From: an uncultured Halobacteriales archaeon | GTDB taxonomy: Archaea > Halobacteriota > Halobacteria > Halobacteriales > Hikarchaeaceae | DNA: 64,000 nucleotides | Assembly: GCA_964554565.1 (NCBI GenBank) | Contig: CAZKPC010000001.1 | Span: 16,956 to 80,955, forward strand | Direction of reading: 5' to 3' | Shown: piece after piece, positions 19,274 through 27,687 of the stretch | Position numbering within the stretch: the stretch's first letter is position 1 | How the letters are laid out: every line of letters starts with the position of its first letter | Translations under genes and position numbers: made by a program | Notes under the pieces: model-generated | Seen by the model: the letters and a program-made list of their open reading frames with translations, nothing else | The model's database searches: none | What the model was told of the DNA's origin: nothing

Positions 19274-21106
19274 ATGGGCCGGCTGCCGTTCGATGGGCAC
19301 ATGGCTGGTTACGAGATCGAGCGCTACCTCAACATCCGGGGCGCCGGCGACCCCTCGATCGGGCCGGCGGGAGAGCGGGTCGCGTTCCTCATCGATACCA
19401 CGGGCACTGATCAGGTCTGGTCCCTCGAGGAACCCCAAGCCTGGCCCGACCAGCTGACCTTCTACGACGAACGCGTCACGTTCGCGGAATGGTCGCCCAC
19501 GAGACCCGAGCTGGTCTTCGGGATGGATCGGGGCGGGAACGAGCGAGTGCAGCTCTACCGGCTGGCGGGCGACGGATCGTCGATCGACCCGTTGACCGCC
19601 ACGCCAGCCGCGAAGCACCGCTGGGGCGGCTGGGACCACGACGGTGATCGGATCGCGTTCGCCGCGAACCGCCGGGAGGAGTCGGTCTTCGACGTTTTCA
19701 TCCAGGATCGCGACGGCGAACCGGACGCGGCCGAGCTGGTCTGGGAAGGCGACGGGTGGTACACGATCGCCGGCTGGGGTCCGGACGACGAGCGGCTCCT
19801 GCTCCACGAGGCGCGAGCGAGCTTCGACCACGACCTCCACCTCCTCGAGCTGGCCTCAGGGACGGCCCGGCAGCTCACGGACGACGACGGCGCGGTCCGA
19901 TACGCCGCCCCGAACTGGGGCCCGGAGGGCGACGGGCTGTACCTCGTGACTGATCGTGACCGTGACACGCTCTCGCTGGTTCGCCTCGATCTCTCGACCG
20001 GGGGCATCGAGGTGGTCGAGAACGGTGGGAAGTGGAACGTCGATGGCGTCGAAGTCCACGAGGACACGGGGCGGTTCGTGATGGGCCGGAACGTCGACGG
20101 CTACACGGAACTCACCGTCGGCGAGCTGACGGGGCCGACCAGCTACCGTACGCTCGCCGAGCCGTCCCTCGGCCCAGGCGTCCTCAGCGCGGTCGACTTC
20201 GGCCCGGACGGCGACCGGTTCGCGGTCACCGTGTCCGGGCGCACGCAGAACCCCAACGTCTACGTCGTCGAAGTCACCAGCGGGGCCGCCACACGGTGGA
20301 CCGATGCGGCGACTGCGGGGATCCCCACCGATTCGTTCGGCGACCCCCAACTCGTCCGCTACGAATCCTTCGACGGGCGTGAGATCCCCGGGTTCTACAC
20401 CGTCCCCGAGGATACAACGCCCGGGGAGACACCGGTTATCATGGACATCCATGGGGGCCCCGAAAGCCAGCGCCGTCCCTCGTTTCACGCCCTCGCGCAG
20501 TACTTCGTCGGCCACGGTTACGCGGTTTTCGAACCCAACGTCCGAGGCTCGGCTGGCTACGGTCGGACCTACACGCATCTCGATGACGTGGAGCAGCGAA
20601 TGGACTCCGTCCGGGATCTCCGCGCGGCGGTCGAGTGGCTCGAAGCACAACCGGTTCCCGATCCGGACCGCGTCGTCGCCCTGGGTGGGTCCTATGGCGG
20701 GTTCATGGTCCTCGCGGCCCTGACGGAGTATCCCGACCTGTGGGCGGCGGGCGTCGACATCGTCGGCATCGCGAACTTCGTCACGTTTCTCGAGAACACC
20801 GGCGACTGGCGGCGGGAGCTTCGGGAGGCCGAATACGGCAGCTTGGACGACGACCGGGAGTTCCTCGAGTCGATCAGTCCGATCAACCAGATCGAGCGGC
20901 TGGAGGCGCCGCTCTTCGTCGCCCACGGCGAGAACGACCCGCGGGTGCCGGTCGGCGAGGCGCGGCAGATCGTCGATCGGGCATCCGCCGTGGGCGTGCC
21001 CGTCGAATCACTCTTCTTCGAGGACGAGGGCCACGGGTTCTCCAAGCTGGAGAACCGGATCGAGGCGTACTCGGCCATCGCGTCGTTTCTCGACGAGCAC
21101 GTCTGA
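19274..21106 (+). CDS. S9-family serine peptidase (prolyl oligopeptidase / acylaminoacyl-peptidase type)
   Basis: N-terminal beta-propeller half and a C-terminal alpha/beta-hydrolase with nucleophile elbow GGSYGG, HGENDPRV and EDEGHGF. Alternative ATG at 19301. Confidence 0.85.
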   Translation: MGRLPFDGHMAGYEIERYLNIRGAGDPSIGPAGERVAFLIDTTGTDQVWSLEEPQAWPDQLTFYDERVTFAEWSPTRPELVFGMDRGGNERVQLYRLAGDGSSIDPLTATPAAKHRWGGWDHDGDRIAFAANRREESVFDVFIQDRDGEPDAAELVWEGDGWYTIAGWGPDDERLLLHEARASFDHDLHLLELASGTARQLTDDDGAVRYAAPNWGPEGDGLYLVTDRDRDTLSLVRLDLSTGGIEVVENGGKWNVDGVEVHEDTGRFVMGRNVDGYTELTVGELTGPTSYRTLAEPSLGPGVLSAVDFGPDGDRFAVTVSGRTQNPNVYVVEVTSGAATRWTDAATAGIPTDSFGDPQLVRYESFDGREIPGFYTVPEDTTPGETPVIMDIHGGPESQRRPSFHALAQYFVGHGYAVFEPNVRGSAGYGRTYTHLDDVEQRMDSVRDLRAAVEWLEAQPVPDPDRVVALGGSYGGFMVLAALTEYPDLWAAGVDIVGIANFVTFLENTGDWRRELREAEYGSLDDDREFLESISPINQIERLEAPLFVAHGENDPRVPVGEARQIVDRASAVGVPVESLFFEDEGHGFSKLENRIEAYSAIASFLDEHV

Positions 21107-21153
21107 AGCGGGCGAGCTTTCAAATACCGGTACGCGGGCAGAAGAGTGCAGAC

Positions 21154-22068
21154 GTGTCAGTTACCGCCGATCCGCTGGCCGAACAGCTGGGAACGCGTCC
21201 CGCCTGGCAGGTCCTGTCCCTGGCCGCCGGCATCGTCCTGCTGGCGCTGCTGTCCATCGTCGTCGCGGTCGAAGCCGCCGGTCTGACGGCCCCGTACTCG
21301 CCGCTCGATGGCCGCCTCCACCGGGCGGGGATCGGGCTCGTCGTGGTAGTCGTCATCTACGAGGCCGCCCGGCGCCTGAGCGGCGCGCCGCCCCGGTGGT
21401 TCCTGGCCCACCGCCCGTCACGATCAGTCCTCGGCTGGCTCCTGGTCGGTCTGGGCCTCCCGAGCGCGATCCTCGGGCTTCAACTCTGGCTGCTTGACGC
21501 CCGGCTCGTTGGGGGCCTCCCCACCATCGAAGCCGCCCTCGGGGCGCTAATCGCGAGTCTTGCTGCTGGGGTGTTCGCCGGCGTGCTCGAGGAACTCGCG
21601 TTTCGCGGGGCCCTGTTACGGGTGCTCGAGGCCCGATGGGGCTCCCGGACGGCCGTCGCCGCGACCGCCGGCGTGTTCGCCTTGCTGCATCAGGGACATG
21701 CGACCGGCGCGATCGAACTGCTCCTCGTCCTCTCCTCGATGGTATCGGCCGGCGTGTTGCTGGGAACTGTCGTGGTCAAGACCCGGAGCGTCTGGAACGC
21801 AGTCGTGCTCCATGCCGGCTGGAACACGGTCTTCGGCGGGACGCTCGTCGCCGCCGCGCCGACCACCCGCCAGTTGGTTCCGGCCGCCGTTCAGTACGAG
21901 CTACCGCTCGCTTCGATCTGGCTGACGGGTGGCGGGGCGTCTCTCGGCGCCACCCCGTTGACATCGGTCTGTCTTCTAGCCGCGACGATCGCGGCTGCTA
22001 CCGGCCCCGACCGCTGGCTGACATCCGTCCGGGATCATGATCCCGTGACGCGGCGGAGGGAACGATGA
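21154..22068 (+). CDS. CPBP (CAAX/Abi-type) intramembrane protease
   Basis: Motifs LEELAFRG, FALLHQ and LHAGWN within a polytopic membrane protein. The GTG start at 21154 is the first start after the S9 stop, so the start is uncertain. Confidence 0.75.
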   Translation: MSVTADPLAEQLGTRPAWQVLSLAAGIVLLALLSIVVAVEAAGLTAPYSPLDGRLHRAGIGLVVVVVIYEAARRLSGAPPRWFLAHRPSRSVLGWLLVGLGLPSAILGLQLWLLDARLVGGLPTIEAALGALIASLAAGVFAGVLEELAFRGALLRVLEARWGSRTAVAATAGVFALLHQGHATGAIELLLVLSSMVSAGVLLGTVVVKTRSVWNAVVLHAGWNTVFGGTLVAAAPTTRQLVPAAVQYELPLASIWLTGGGASLGATPLTSVCLLAATIAAATGPDRWLTSVRDHDPVTRRRER

Positions 22069-22940
22069 GCCTGATTGCGGTCGCCAGGCGGGAGCTCCGG
22101 GAACAGCGGCGCTCCCGCGGGCTCTGGACGCTCATCGGCCTCGGTACGGTCACGGGACTCGCGGCCGTGCTGCTGCCGGCCATCGCGATCGAGGGATCGC
22201 TGCCGACGGAACAGGCCGTCCGGTTCCTCGTGGCGCCCATGCAGCTCGTGATCGGGTTGACGGGACTGCTCGCCGGCTACAGTGCTGTGGCCGGACCGCG
22301 GTCCGGCGGACAGCTCAGGCTGGTGCTCGGGCTGCCGATACATCGAGCGAGCTTGGTCATCGGCGCCGCGCTGGGACGCACGGCGGTCGTCATCGGGGGC
22401 GTAATCGGCGCCGTCATCACGATCGCACTGGCGATGCGGCTCGTCCATGGCTCGCTCCCCGTAGCCGCCCTCGGCGGGTTCGGGGTGTTGCTCGGGTTGT
22501 TGGCCGTGGCGACCACCAGCCTGGCGGTCGGGCTCTCGGCGGCGAGCCCGACTCGCTGGATCGCGGCGATGGCCGTGGTGGCGCTGTTCGTGCTCTTCCA
22601 GTTCTTCTGGGGAATCGTGCCGGCCGGCGCACATTACCTCCTCGAGGGATCACTACCGGGCCCGACTGTGCCGCCATGGGTCGTCCTGCTCGAACGCCTC
22701 CATCCGTTCTCGGCCTTTCAGGCCGCCACGGATCTTGTCCTGCCGGACGTCGAACGGACCATCCGGCTGTCGGGCGAGGGGGCGGAGGCGGCGAGCGGCG
22801 GACCGCGATCGCTAGCGGATCGGGTCGACGGCTCGGTTCCCTGGTTCCTGAGTCCCTGGGCCGCCGTCGGAACCCTGCTTGGCTGGGCCGTCGTCCCCTT
22901 GCTGATCGGCCTGCTTCTGTTCAACCGGGCGGACCTCTGA
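22065..22940 (+). CDS. ABC-2 type transporter permease
   Basis: N-terminus MSLIAVARRELREQRRSRGLW is typical of ABC-2/NosY-like permeases; 6 helices. ATGA overlap with the CPBP gene. Confidence 0.75.
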   Translation: MSLIAVARRELREQRRSRGLWTLIGLGTVTGLAAVLLPAIAIEGSLPTEQAVRFLVAPMQLVIGLTGLLAGYSAVAGPRSGGQLRLVLGLPIHRASLVIGAALGRTAVVIGGVIGAVITIALAMRLVHGSLPVAALGGFGVLLGLLAVATTSLAVGLSAASPTRWIAAMAVVALFVLFQFFWGIVPAGAHYLLEGSLPGPTVPPWVVLLERLHPFSAFQAATDLVLPDVERTIRLSGEGAEAASGGPRSLADRVDGSVPWFLSPWAAVGTLLGWAVVPLLIGLLLFNRADL

Positions 22941-23824
22941 TGTCGGGTGGACAACGGGCATCGAGGTCACGCATCGACTGCCATGGCTGGTGGACTCGGT
23001 GGGGCCGCTGGCTCACGCAGACCAGGGCCTTCGCCCGCCGTCACCTGCGCCAGTACGCCCGCAGCCCGGTGAGCCTGCTGTTCATCGTGGCGTGGCCGGC
23101 GTTCTGGTACCTGTTGATCGTCCACCTGCTGTTCGTCACGGGTGGCCCGACGACGGAGGCGGTGGCGACCGCCAAGGCCGCCTTCGCCGTCAGTTTCGGG
23201 CTGTTCGGCGTGTTCACGGTCGCGCTGACCGGCGTGATCAGCACCTTCACCGCCGACATCGCCACGAAGCGCTACCGGAAGTTCCGCTCGCTACCGCTCT
23301 CGCCGGCGGCCGATCTCGCGGGCCGGTTCACTGCCGGCGTCGGCCTGTCGATCGGCTCCTACGTCGCGCTCCTGACGATCGGTTTCGTCGACGGCGCAGC
23401 CTTCACCCTCCGGCACGCCTGGTCGCCGACCGTGGTTCTCCTCGGTGTTGTCGGGTTCGCCGCGATCGGGGTGGTGATCGCCATCGCGCTCGCGGCGATC
23501 GTTCCCCGGCCGGAATACGCGACGACCGGGGCGACAGCGGTCCTGCTGGCCTCCTTCTTCGGAACGGGCTTCAACGGCGTGAGCCCGGGCCTCTTTCCGG
23601 GACCTCCGTGGCTGCTCAACGTCGTTCCGGTCTCGCTGATCACCCGCCTCCAGCTGCATCACGTCGTGGCACCCGCCGGCCCGAGCTCGGCCCCGTTCGG
23701 ACCCCCGGCGCTCCCTGCCGGTCCACCGGCGGTCGGGATGGTCGCGCTGTACGGGCTGGCCGCGTTCAGTTTCGGAGTGCTGGTCATCGACTGGGGCGTC
23801 TATCGCGGCGAGGCGGGCGAGTGA
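22940..23824 (+). CDS. ABC-2 type transporter permease (second subunit)
   Basis: Start ATG 22940 in a TGATG overlap. The RAFARRHLRQYARSPVSLLF N-terminal motif is followed by 6 helices. Confidence 0.75.
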   Translation: MSGGQRASRSRIDCHGWWTRWGRWLTQTRAFARRHLRQYARSPVSLLFIVAWPAFWYLLIVHLLFVTGGPTTEAVATAKAAFAVSFGLFGVFTVALTGVISTFTADIATKRYRKFRSLPLSPAADLAGRFTAGVGLSIGSYVALLTIGFVDGAAFTLRHAWSPTVVLLGVVGFAAIGVVIAIALAAIVPRPEYATTGATAVLLASFFGTGFNGVSPGLFPGPPWLLNVVPVSLITRLQLHHVVAPAGPSSAPFGPPALPAGPPAVGMVALYGLAAFSFGVLVIDWGVYRGEAGE

Positions 23825-24711
23825 CCGACGCGGCCAGTCCGGTACAAGCGGCCGGCCTCCGGAAACGGTTCGGGGACGAACCGGTGCTTCGAGGGATCGA
23901 CGTCGCCTTCGAACCCGGCGAGATCACCGTGCTCATGGGCCCTAACGGTGACGGCAAGACGGTCCTGTTGTGCTGTCTCGGCGGGGGGCTGCGCCCGTCG
24001 GCGGGCCGCGCCCTCATCGAGGGGCGACCGGCCCATCGGGCTGGAAGCCGGACGAGCCTCCTGCTGCAGGGATCGGTCGGGTTGCCGGCGCTGACCGGGC
24101 CGGAGACCGCCCGTTTCTACGCCGCCTTGCATCCGGCGGCGACCGGTGACTGGTCGGCGTTGTTGGACCGGTTCGACATGACTGACACCGACACCCTCCT
24201 CAAGCACTGTTCCGCCGGCATGCGCCGCAAGGTCGAGTTAGCCGTGGCCCTCGACCCGGACGTTCCGGCGGTCCTCCTCGACGAACCGACCGCCGCGCTC
24301 GATTTGGGATCGATGCACGCGCTGCATCGCGTCCTCAGGGAACGGCGCAACGAGGGCGCCGCGGTCGTGCTGACGAGCCATGCGCCCCTCGACGTCCGGC
24401 TCGGCGATCGGCTGGTCTTCATCCACGACGGGGCGGTGATCGCCGACGATGGACCGGAGCAGCTCCTGGCCGGGCTCCCGCCCGTGGTTCGACTCGAGGG
24501 GGCCGTCCACGAGGCGGTCTCGACGATCCGCCCGCGGTTGCGGTGTGGCCATTGCTACGGCAGCGGATCCGAGCTCCGAGGGTTCCTCCCGGCGGATAGT
24601 GTCGTCTCCGAGCTGGACGGCGAACTCGACGAGGTCGACGTGACCGTGGATCGGGCGGACCCGACGCCGCGGGACCTCTACGAATATCTCGCCGCGGTCA
24701 GGCCGACGTAG
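23821..24711 (+). CDS. ABC transporter ATP-binding protein
   Basis: Walker A GPNGDGKT, signature-like CSAGMRRK, Walker B VLLDEPTAALD and H-loop LTSH. The GTG start overlaps the permease stop (GTGA). It has a ~90-aa C-terminal extension. Confidence 0.9.
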   Translation: MTDAASPVQAAGLRKRFGDEPVLRGIDVAFEPGEITVLMGPNGDGKTVLLCCLGGGLRPSAGRALIEGRPAHRAGSRTSLLLQGSVGLPALTGPETARFYAALHPAATGDWSALLDRFDMTDTDTLLKHCSAGMRRKVELAVALDPDVPAVLLDEPTAALDLGSMHALHRVLRERRNEGAAVVLTSHAPLDVRLGDRLVFIHDGAVIADDGPEQLLAGLPPVVRLEGAVHEAVSTIRPRLRCGHCYGSGSELRGFLPADSVVSELDGELDEVDVTVDRADPTPRDLYEYLAAVRPT

Positions 24712-24714
24712 TTG

Positions 24715-24756
24715 GGCCCGCGGCCGAATCAGGCCGGTTCCGGAGCGCCGCGGGCC
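24715..24756. terminator. Perfect 10-bp GC-rich inverted repeat (GGCCCGCGGC / GCCGCGGGCC, 22-nt loop), 4 nt after the ABC ATPase stop
   Basis: Read directly: 24715-24724 pairs with 24747-24756. No oligo-T tract follows, so a terminator role is uncertain. Confidence 0.25.
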
Positions 24757-24814
24757 GGGACGGGTTCAGGCAAGAGTTGGGACGCGTGGCGGTACTCCGA
24801 CGAAATCAGCGAGG

Positions 24815-24883
24815 TCACCAGTGACCGTTCCGATAGCAGATCTGCAGCACGCCGAGGTTCACGCAGATGGACGCGCCGAGCAT
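24815..24883 (-). CDS. Speculative 22-codon hydrophobic micro-ORF (MLGASICVNLGVLQICYRNGHW)
   Basis: An ATG preceded at 5-nt spacing by an 8-nt SD match GGAGGTGA (24889-24896). 19 of 21 third positions are G/C. Located 58 nt downstream of the egsA stop on the same strand. Confidence 0.3.
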   Translation of the reverse strand: MLGASICVNLGVLQICYRNGHW

Positions 24884-24940
24884 CGGTGTCACCTCCGGTC
24901 CGGTTTGGCCGCGGCTTCCGCGATAAACCCTCGCCGGGGA

Positions 24941-25999
24941 TCAGATCACGCCCGTGCGCTCGGCGACAGTCCGGGCCGCCGACTCGCTCATACCGCCCCC
25001 GAGGATAGTATACCGGTCCCGGATCGCGTGAGCGGTGGCGAGAGCCTCGACCACGTCGTCAGCACTCACGCCGAGTTCATCAGCGGTCGTCGGCGCGCCG
25101 AGCTGCTCGAGCGCGGCCCGGACCGCGCTCCAGTCGCCGTGTTCGCCGGTGTGGACGTACTCGATCAGGATCGTCCCGACGCCGACCTGATGGCCGTGCA
25201 AGGCCGCCCCGGGCGCGATCCGATCGAGCTGATGGCTGAACAGGTGTTCCGCGCCGCTCGCCGGGCGGGAGGAGCCCGCGATCGACATCGCCACGCCGGA
25301 GGAGACGAGCGCCTTGATCACGACCCAGGCCGACTCCTCAAGGCCGGGGCGGATCGAGCCAGCGTTGTCAACCAGCATCTCGGCCGTCATCTCCGAAAGC
25401 GCCGCGGCGTACTCAGAGTACTCGACGCCGTGGAGCCGGTTCGCCAACCGCCAGTCCTTGACGGCGGTGTAGTTCGAGATGATGTCCGCGCAGCCGGCGG
25501 TGGTGAGCTCCCACGGCGCGTCGGCCAACACGCGGGTGTCCGCCACGACGGCTAAGGGCGGCGCCGACGCGACGCTGTGTCGAGTGTCGCCCTCGGGGAT
25601 CGATCCCCGCCCGCTCACGATGCCATCGTGGCTGGCCGCAGTCGGGACCGAGACGAAGCCGAGGCCGGCTTCGTGGCCCGCCATCTTGGCGACATCGATC
25701 GCCTTGCCGCCGCCGATACCCACGAGGAACGCCGGTTGGTGGCCCTCGATGGCTTCGCCCACCACCTGCACGGATTCGAAGCTGGCCTCCTCGATCTCGG
25801 CCGTCCGGCAGTCGTAGCCCGCGGCCTCGAAGGCCGCCGCGACCCGGTCGCCAGCCACCTCTCGGGGGGTCGGGCTGGTCACCACCAGGACCCGATCGCC
25901 CAAGCGGAGATCGTCGACGACCGCGACCACGTCGTCGAGCACGTCGTGACCCACAACGACGTTTCGCGGCAACCGAATCCACGTCGACTTCTCGAACAT
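24941..25999 (-). CDS. egsA: sn-glycerol-1-phosphate dehydrogenase
   Basis: N-terminus MFEKSTWIRLPRNVVVGHDVL, the GIGGGKAIDVAK nucleotide loop and a His-rich metal site (GAEHLFSHQLD). Archaeal lipid-backbone enzyme. Confidence 0.93.
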   Translation of the reverse strand: MFEKSTWIRLPRNVVVGHDVLDDVVAVVDDLRLGDRVLVVTSPTPREVAGDRVAAAFEAAGYDCRTAEIEEASFESVQVVGEAIEGHQPAFLVGIGGGKAIDVAKMAGHEAGLGFVSVPTAASHDGIVSGRGSIPEGDTRHSVASAPPLAVVADTRVLADAPWELTTAGCADIISNYTAVKDWRLANRLHGVEYSEYAAALSEMTAEMLVDNAGSIRPGLEESAWVVIKALVSSGVAMSIAGSSRPASGAEHLFSHQLDRIAPGAALHGHQVGVGTILIEYVHTGEHGDWSAVRAALEQLGAPTTADELGVSADDVVEALATAHAIRDRYTILGGGMSESAARTVAERTGVI

Positions 26000-26055
26000 C
26001 GCTGACGGCCCTCTGGCCCGCCCGCGTCAAACTCTTTACCCTCCGGCCGCCGGCT

Positions 26056-27045
26056 TCAGAGAGTATCGAGGATCTCGAGGACCTGTTCCTCGGCCTCTCG
26101 GCCCGGGTCGTGTTCGGCGCCGTCCCGGTCGCTCTCGCGGTGTTCGGCCACCGTCGACCGCAAGGCTTCGTCGATCGGGGTGGAATCCCACCCCAGCGGG
26201 GCCAGCTTGGCCGTCTCAAGGATATGGGGGTACTCGCGATACAGGACGAAGGTCGACGGGTCGAGCCCGCCGGCCGCCAGTTCCCTGGGCCCCGCCGTCA
26301 CGACCTCGATGTCACGATCCATGACGTCGGCCGACCGTTCGATCCAGTCTGCCAAGGTCAGGACCCGCCGGTCGCCGACGTTGTACGCCTCGCCGGGAGC
26401 GCCGTGTTCGGCAACGACCCGGAGGGCCCGAGCCACGTCTTCGACATAGACCCGATGCCAGAGGTGCTGGCCGTCACCCGGGACGAGGACCCGATCGTAC
26501 GTGTCGATCCGTGCGAGCCAGTAATCGACCCGTTCGGTGTAGTCGTAGGGGCCATAGATGATGCAAGGACGGACGCTCATGGCAGGGACGCCTTCTTGAG
26601 CGGCGGCGAAGACCGCGCGGTCGCCCTCGGCCTTGCGGGCGCCATAGCTCTCCATGCTATCGTCGGTGGCCTCCTCCGGACCGCAGCGAACCAACTCCGT
26701 CTCGTCCTCGCGCTTCGGTACCGTTTCTTCCGCATACACGGCGCCCGAGGAGACGTAAACGTAGGCGTCAACGTCCGCGAAAATCGTGGTAGCCGCCCGG
26801 ACGTCGCGTGGGTAATAGGCCACGACGTCGATCACGATCGAGGGATCCACCCGCTCCGCCGCGGCCTCCAGGGCGGAGTCGTTGGTGCGGTCGCCCTCGA
26901 CCCAGGACACCCGATCCTCGTCGGTGAAAGGGTCGGGATGGTTGCCGCGGTTGAAGGTCGTGACGTCGTAGCCGGCCTCGAGGAGTTCCGAGACCGTGTG
27001 GCGGCCGAGGAACCGTGTTCCGCCGATCACGAGGGCTCGGGCCAT
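26056..27045 (-). CDS. NAD-dependent epimerase/dehydratase (SDR family)
   Basis: Start ATG 27045 (MARALVIGGTRFLGRH Rossmann motif) and the catalytic YxxxK (YGARK). The upstream 72 codons of the track ORF are rejected. Confidence 0.85.
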   Translation of the reverse strand: MARALVIGGTRFLGRHTVSELLEAGYDVTTFNRGNHPDPFTDEDRVSWVEGDRTNDSALEAAAERVDPSIVIDVVAYYPRDVRAATTIFADVDAYVYVSSGAVYAEETVPKREDETELVRCGPEEATDDSMESYGARKAEGDRAVFAAAQEGVPAMSVRPCIIYGPYDYTERVDYWLARIDTYDRVLVPGDGQHLWHRVYVEDVARALRVVAEHGAPGEAYNVGDRRVLTLADWIERSADVMDRDIEVVTAGPRELAAGGLDPSTFVLYREYPHILETAKLAPLGWDSTPIDEALRSTVAEHRESDRDGAEHDPGREAEEQVLEILDTL

Positions 27046-27091
27046 GCTTGGCGATGGCGGGATCGCGCCAAAACGGTGACGGCTGACCGCC

Positions 27092-27613
27092 TCAGTGACG
27101 CACGTCGAACGGGGTGAGGGCCGCGTACCGACGGTCAGTGCCCACGGGCACGACGAACGCGTACTCGCCGGGGGCGAGATCCAGATAGACACGCCGATCG
27201 GGATCGGACAACGCTTCCGAGCCGGCCGTGAGCTGCCACTCGTACCGCTCTCCCGGCTCAAGGGTCCGGGATTCCTGCACCCGGGCCGCCGGAACCACTG
27301 GCGTCCACCCGTCCTCCGAACGCCTGAGCAGCGACCATCCGGACGGCGTAACCCTGAGGCCTCGCTCCGTCTGGTTGGTCAATCCAACGAGGAGCGACCA
27401 CGTGTCGCCGGAGACGGTCCGGCTCGATCTGGTCACGGCCACCGGGTCGTCGTCCGCCGGACAGACCGTTCGCTCGAAGTCGCCGATGGCCGGACAGGTC
27501 CGCATCGGGGTGGGCTCGCCCATCAGGTCCGGCCGCCGCAGGGCGTTGGCCGTGCATCCCGCGAGGCCCGCGGCCAACCCGGCCCCGAGGCCGAGGTAGG
27601 TCCGACGGTGCAT
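27092..27613 (-). CDS. Tat-exported lipoprotein, function unknown
   Basis: Twin-arginine motif RRTYLGL followed by the lipobox LAGC. The mature part is beta-rich with two Cys (RTCP..TVCP). Confidence 0.7.
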   Translation of the reverse strand: MHRRTYLGLGAGLAAGLAGCTANALRRPDLMGEPTPMRTCPAIGDFERTVCPADDDPVAVTRSSRTVSGDTWSLLVGLTNQTERGLRVTPSGWSLLRRSEDGWTPVVPAARVQESRTLEPGERYEWQLTAGSEALSDPDRRVYLDLAPGEYAFVVPVGTDRRYAALTPFDVRH

Positions 27614-27687
27614 GTGGCACGGCTAGCTGTGGGTACAAAAGGCGGTTGTGGAGACGAAAACAGCCGTTTCAGTATGTCGAGGAGGGG

